From: Oligoflexia bacterium
GTDB lineage: Bacteria > Bdellovibrionota > UBA1018
DNA length: 64,000 bases
Reading direction: 5' to 3'
Assembly (NCBI GenBank): GCA_963758495.1
Contig: CAVWVI010000003.1
Coordinates: 1,248,001 to 1,312,000 of the forward strand
The position numbers and the translations under genes were made by a program. Shown piece after piece: positions 62,241-64,000 of this stretch; position 1 is the stretch's first letter; every line of letters begins with the position of its first letter. The notes under the pieces were generated by a model that saw only the letters and a program-made list of their open reading frames with translations, searched no databases and was not told the origin of the DNA.

Positions 62241-63860
62241 TTACTCCGCACGCATGAACGGATAGCGATAATTCACGGGTGGCACAAATGTTTCTTTGAT
62301 GGAACGTGGTGACAGCCAGCGATAAAGATTCAGCGCACTTCCTGCTTTATCATTTGTGCCAGAGGCACGCCCCCCACCAAAGGGCTGTTGCCCCACCACC
62401 GCGCCTGTAGGTTTATCATTGATGTAAAAATTTCCAGCCGCATGTCTTAATTTAAAACTCAGTTCGCTTATGACTGAACGATCTCGAGCAAAAATCGCCC
62501 CCGTAAGCGCATAAGTGGTCGATTGATCACAGAGCGCCAGAGTTTCTTCTAGTTTTGATTCATCATAAATATAGACTGAAAGTACGGGTCCAAAAATTTC
62601 TTCCACCATACTTTTATAGTGAGGTTGTTTGGCAACAATGACGGTCGGCTCAATAAAGTAACCCACTTTTCCATGTGCATTGCCCCCCGCAATAATTTGC
62701 GCCTGAGAATCATTCTTTGCATGCTCTAAATAACTCGATATTTTCTTAAATGATCGCTCATCAATGACAGCATTCACGAAGTTTCTAAAATCACGTACAT
62801 CCCCCATGGATAAAGAGGAAATATCAGCAAGCATTTTCTCTTGCACACGACTCCATAAGCTCTTCGGAATATAAGCACGAGAAGCTGCCGAGCACTTCTG
62901 TCCTTGGTATTCAAACGCTCCTCTGACCAGTGCCGTAGCGAGAGCTTCAGGATCTGCTGAGGCGTGAGCAAAAACAAAATCCTTCCCGCCCGTCTCTCCT
63001 ACCAGTCGCGGATAGGTCCGATACCGAGAAATATTTTCGCCTACCGATCGCCAAATTGTTTGAAAGGCCCCAGTTGAACCTGTGAAATGCACTCCCGCCA
63101 AATCCTTCATAGGAAGAAAGGTTTTTCCAGCAAGGGGGCCGTCGGCAGGAATAAAATTAATCACGCCATCTGGCAACCCAGCCTCACGAAAAATCTGCAT
63201 CGTATAATAAGCTGACAAAACTTGTGTATCAGAAGGTTTCCAAATAACAGTATTTCCCAGCAATGCTGGAGCTGCAGGCAAATTACCTGCAATGGCTGTA
63301 AAATTAAAAGGAGTAATAGCCAATACAAATCCTTCTAATGGGCGATAATCAGTCCTATTCCAAATACCGGATGAGGATGTGGGTTGAGATTTGAGAATTT
63401 CTTGATAAAAATAAGCATTTAATCTTAGAAAATCAATCAGCTCACAAGCAGAATCAATTTCAGCTTGATAGACATTCTTGGATTGTCCGAGCATCGTAGC
63501 GGCATTGATAATATTTCGATAAGGACCTGCAATTAAATCAGCGGCTTTTAAGAAAATCGAAGCACGATCTTGCCAATCCATCGCTTCCCACTTTGGCTTT
63601 GCTTGAAGAGCTGCTTGCACAGCTAACTCCATCTCCGACGATCCTGCCAAGTGAAATTCTGCTAACACGTGTTTGTATTCATGAGGCATGACCACAGTGC
63701 GCTTGTTTTGAGTCCACACTTCACGCCCACCCATAATACATGGAATACTGACTTGAGAATGGGCCATTCGATCTAATTGATGCTTTAACTCCTCGCGCTC
63801 ACTGGAACCAGGATGATAGGATCGCGTAACCTCATTACTTGGACGTTCTAATGGAAACAT
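62241..63860 (-). CDS. pruA: L-glutamate gamma-semialdehyde (P5C) dehydrogenase
   Basis: ITPFNFTAI, FTGST, ETGGKD, YQGQKCSA, EEIFGPV, QQPFGGGRASGTNDKAG. Confidence 0.95.
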   Translation of the reverse strand: MFPLERPSNEVTRSYHPGSSEREELKHQLDRMAHSQVSIPCIMGGREVWTQNKRTVVMPHEYKHVLAEFHLAGSSEMELAVQAALQAKPKWEAMDWQDRASIFLKAADLIAGPYRNIINAATMLGQSKNVYQAEIDSACELIDFLRLNAYFYQEILKSQPTSSSGIWNRTDYRPLEGFVLAITPFNFTAIAGNLPAAPALLGNTVIWKPSDTQVLSAYYTMQIFREAGLPDGVINFIPADGPLAGKTFLPMKDLAGVHFTGSTGAFQTIWRSVGENISRYRTYPRLVGETGGKDFVFAHASADPEALATALVRGAFEYQGQKCSAASRAYIPKSLWSRVQEKMLADISSLSMGDVRDFRNFVNAVIDERSFKKISSYLEHAKNDSQAQIIAGGNAHGKVGYFIEPTVIVAKQPHYKSMVEEIFGPVLSVYIYDESKLEETLALCDQSTTYALTGAIFARDRSVISELSFKLRHAAGNFYINDKPTGAVVGQQPFGGGRASGTNDKAGSALNLYRWLSPRSIKETFVPPVNYRYPFMRAE

Positions 63861-64000
63861 TTAATTTGATTAGCATAAAACAACCGGGACGAAAGCGAAA
63901 AAAAAGGGGGGGAAAGCTTCGCCCCGGAAGTTAGGCAAAGACTATCTCACCATTCTTTGCCAGTAGGTGCCCACAGCGGAACGTGCATTCACACACTGAT

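Noticed and set aside
63880..63935. Hairpin upstream of pruA as a riboswitch or RNA gene
   Set aside because: A CCGGG.CGAAGC stem with a homopolymer loop is visible but matches no family I can support, and the context is cut by the window edge.

Overview
Bacterial chromosomal window, most likely from a Bdellovibrionota-like predator (inferred from gene content, not proven). 1-30 kb is a surface-structure island. It opens with two tandem modules, each a secreted protein ending in a shared ~80-aa C-terminal domain followed by a TPR protein; one of the secreted proteins is a 1266-aa Ig-repeat adhesin. Two ~3,600-aa repeat-rich fibre genes follow, each split by one frameshift. The fibres share near-identical cassettes delimited by GNVGIGT motifs but carry different tips (Cys-rich versus peptidase S74 chaperone). 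30-52 kb holds a MazEF-type TA pair, a BtuFCD-like transporter, plsY, lgt, lspA, a stand-alone degenerate IleRS editing-domain gene, a TMTC-like gene, an AAA/DUF4143 ATPase, a heme operon with an embedded two-component system, rnhA, an RRM gene and infA. 53-58 kb is a three-level nested element. A group II intron (54327-56739) with a degenerate HNH domain sits in frame inside a Fanzor-type (rearranged RuvC) tnpB of an IS607 element (53167-57817). That element is inserted at a GG dinucleotide in a brnT toxin gene. Next to it is an unexplained ~600-bp segment bounded by long inverted repeats (77-bp perfect core). The window ends with a YkgJ-like gene, a hydrolase, speB, a second MazEF pair and pruA. 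About seven small frameshifting indels suggest long-read consensus errors, so individual frameshifts need read-level checking. All family calls come from motif recognition by eye; no searches were run.
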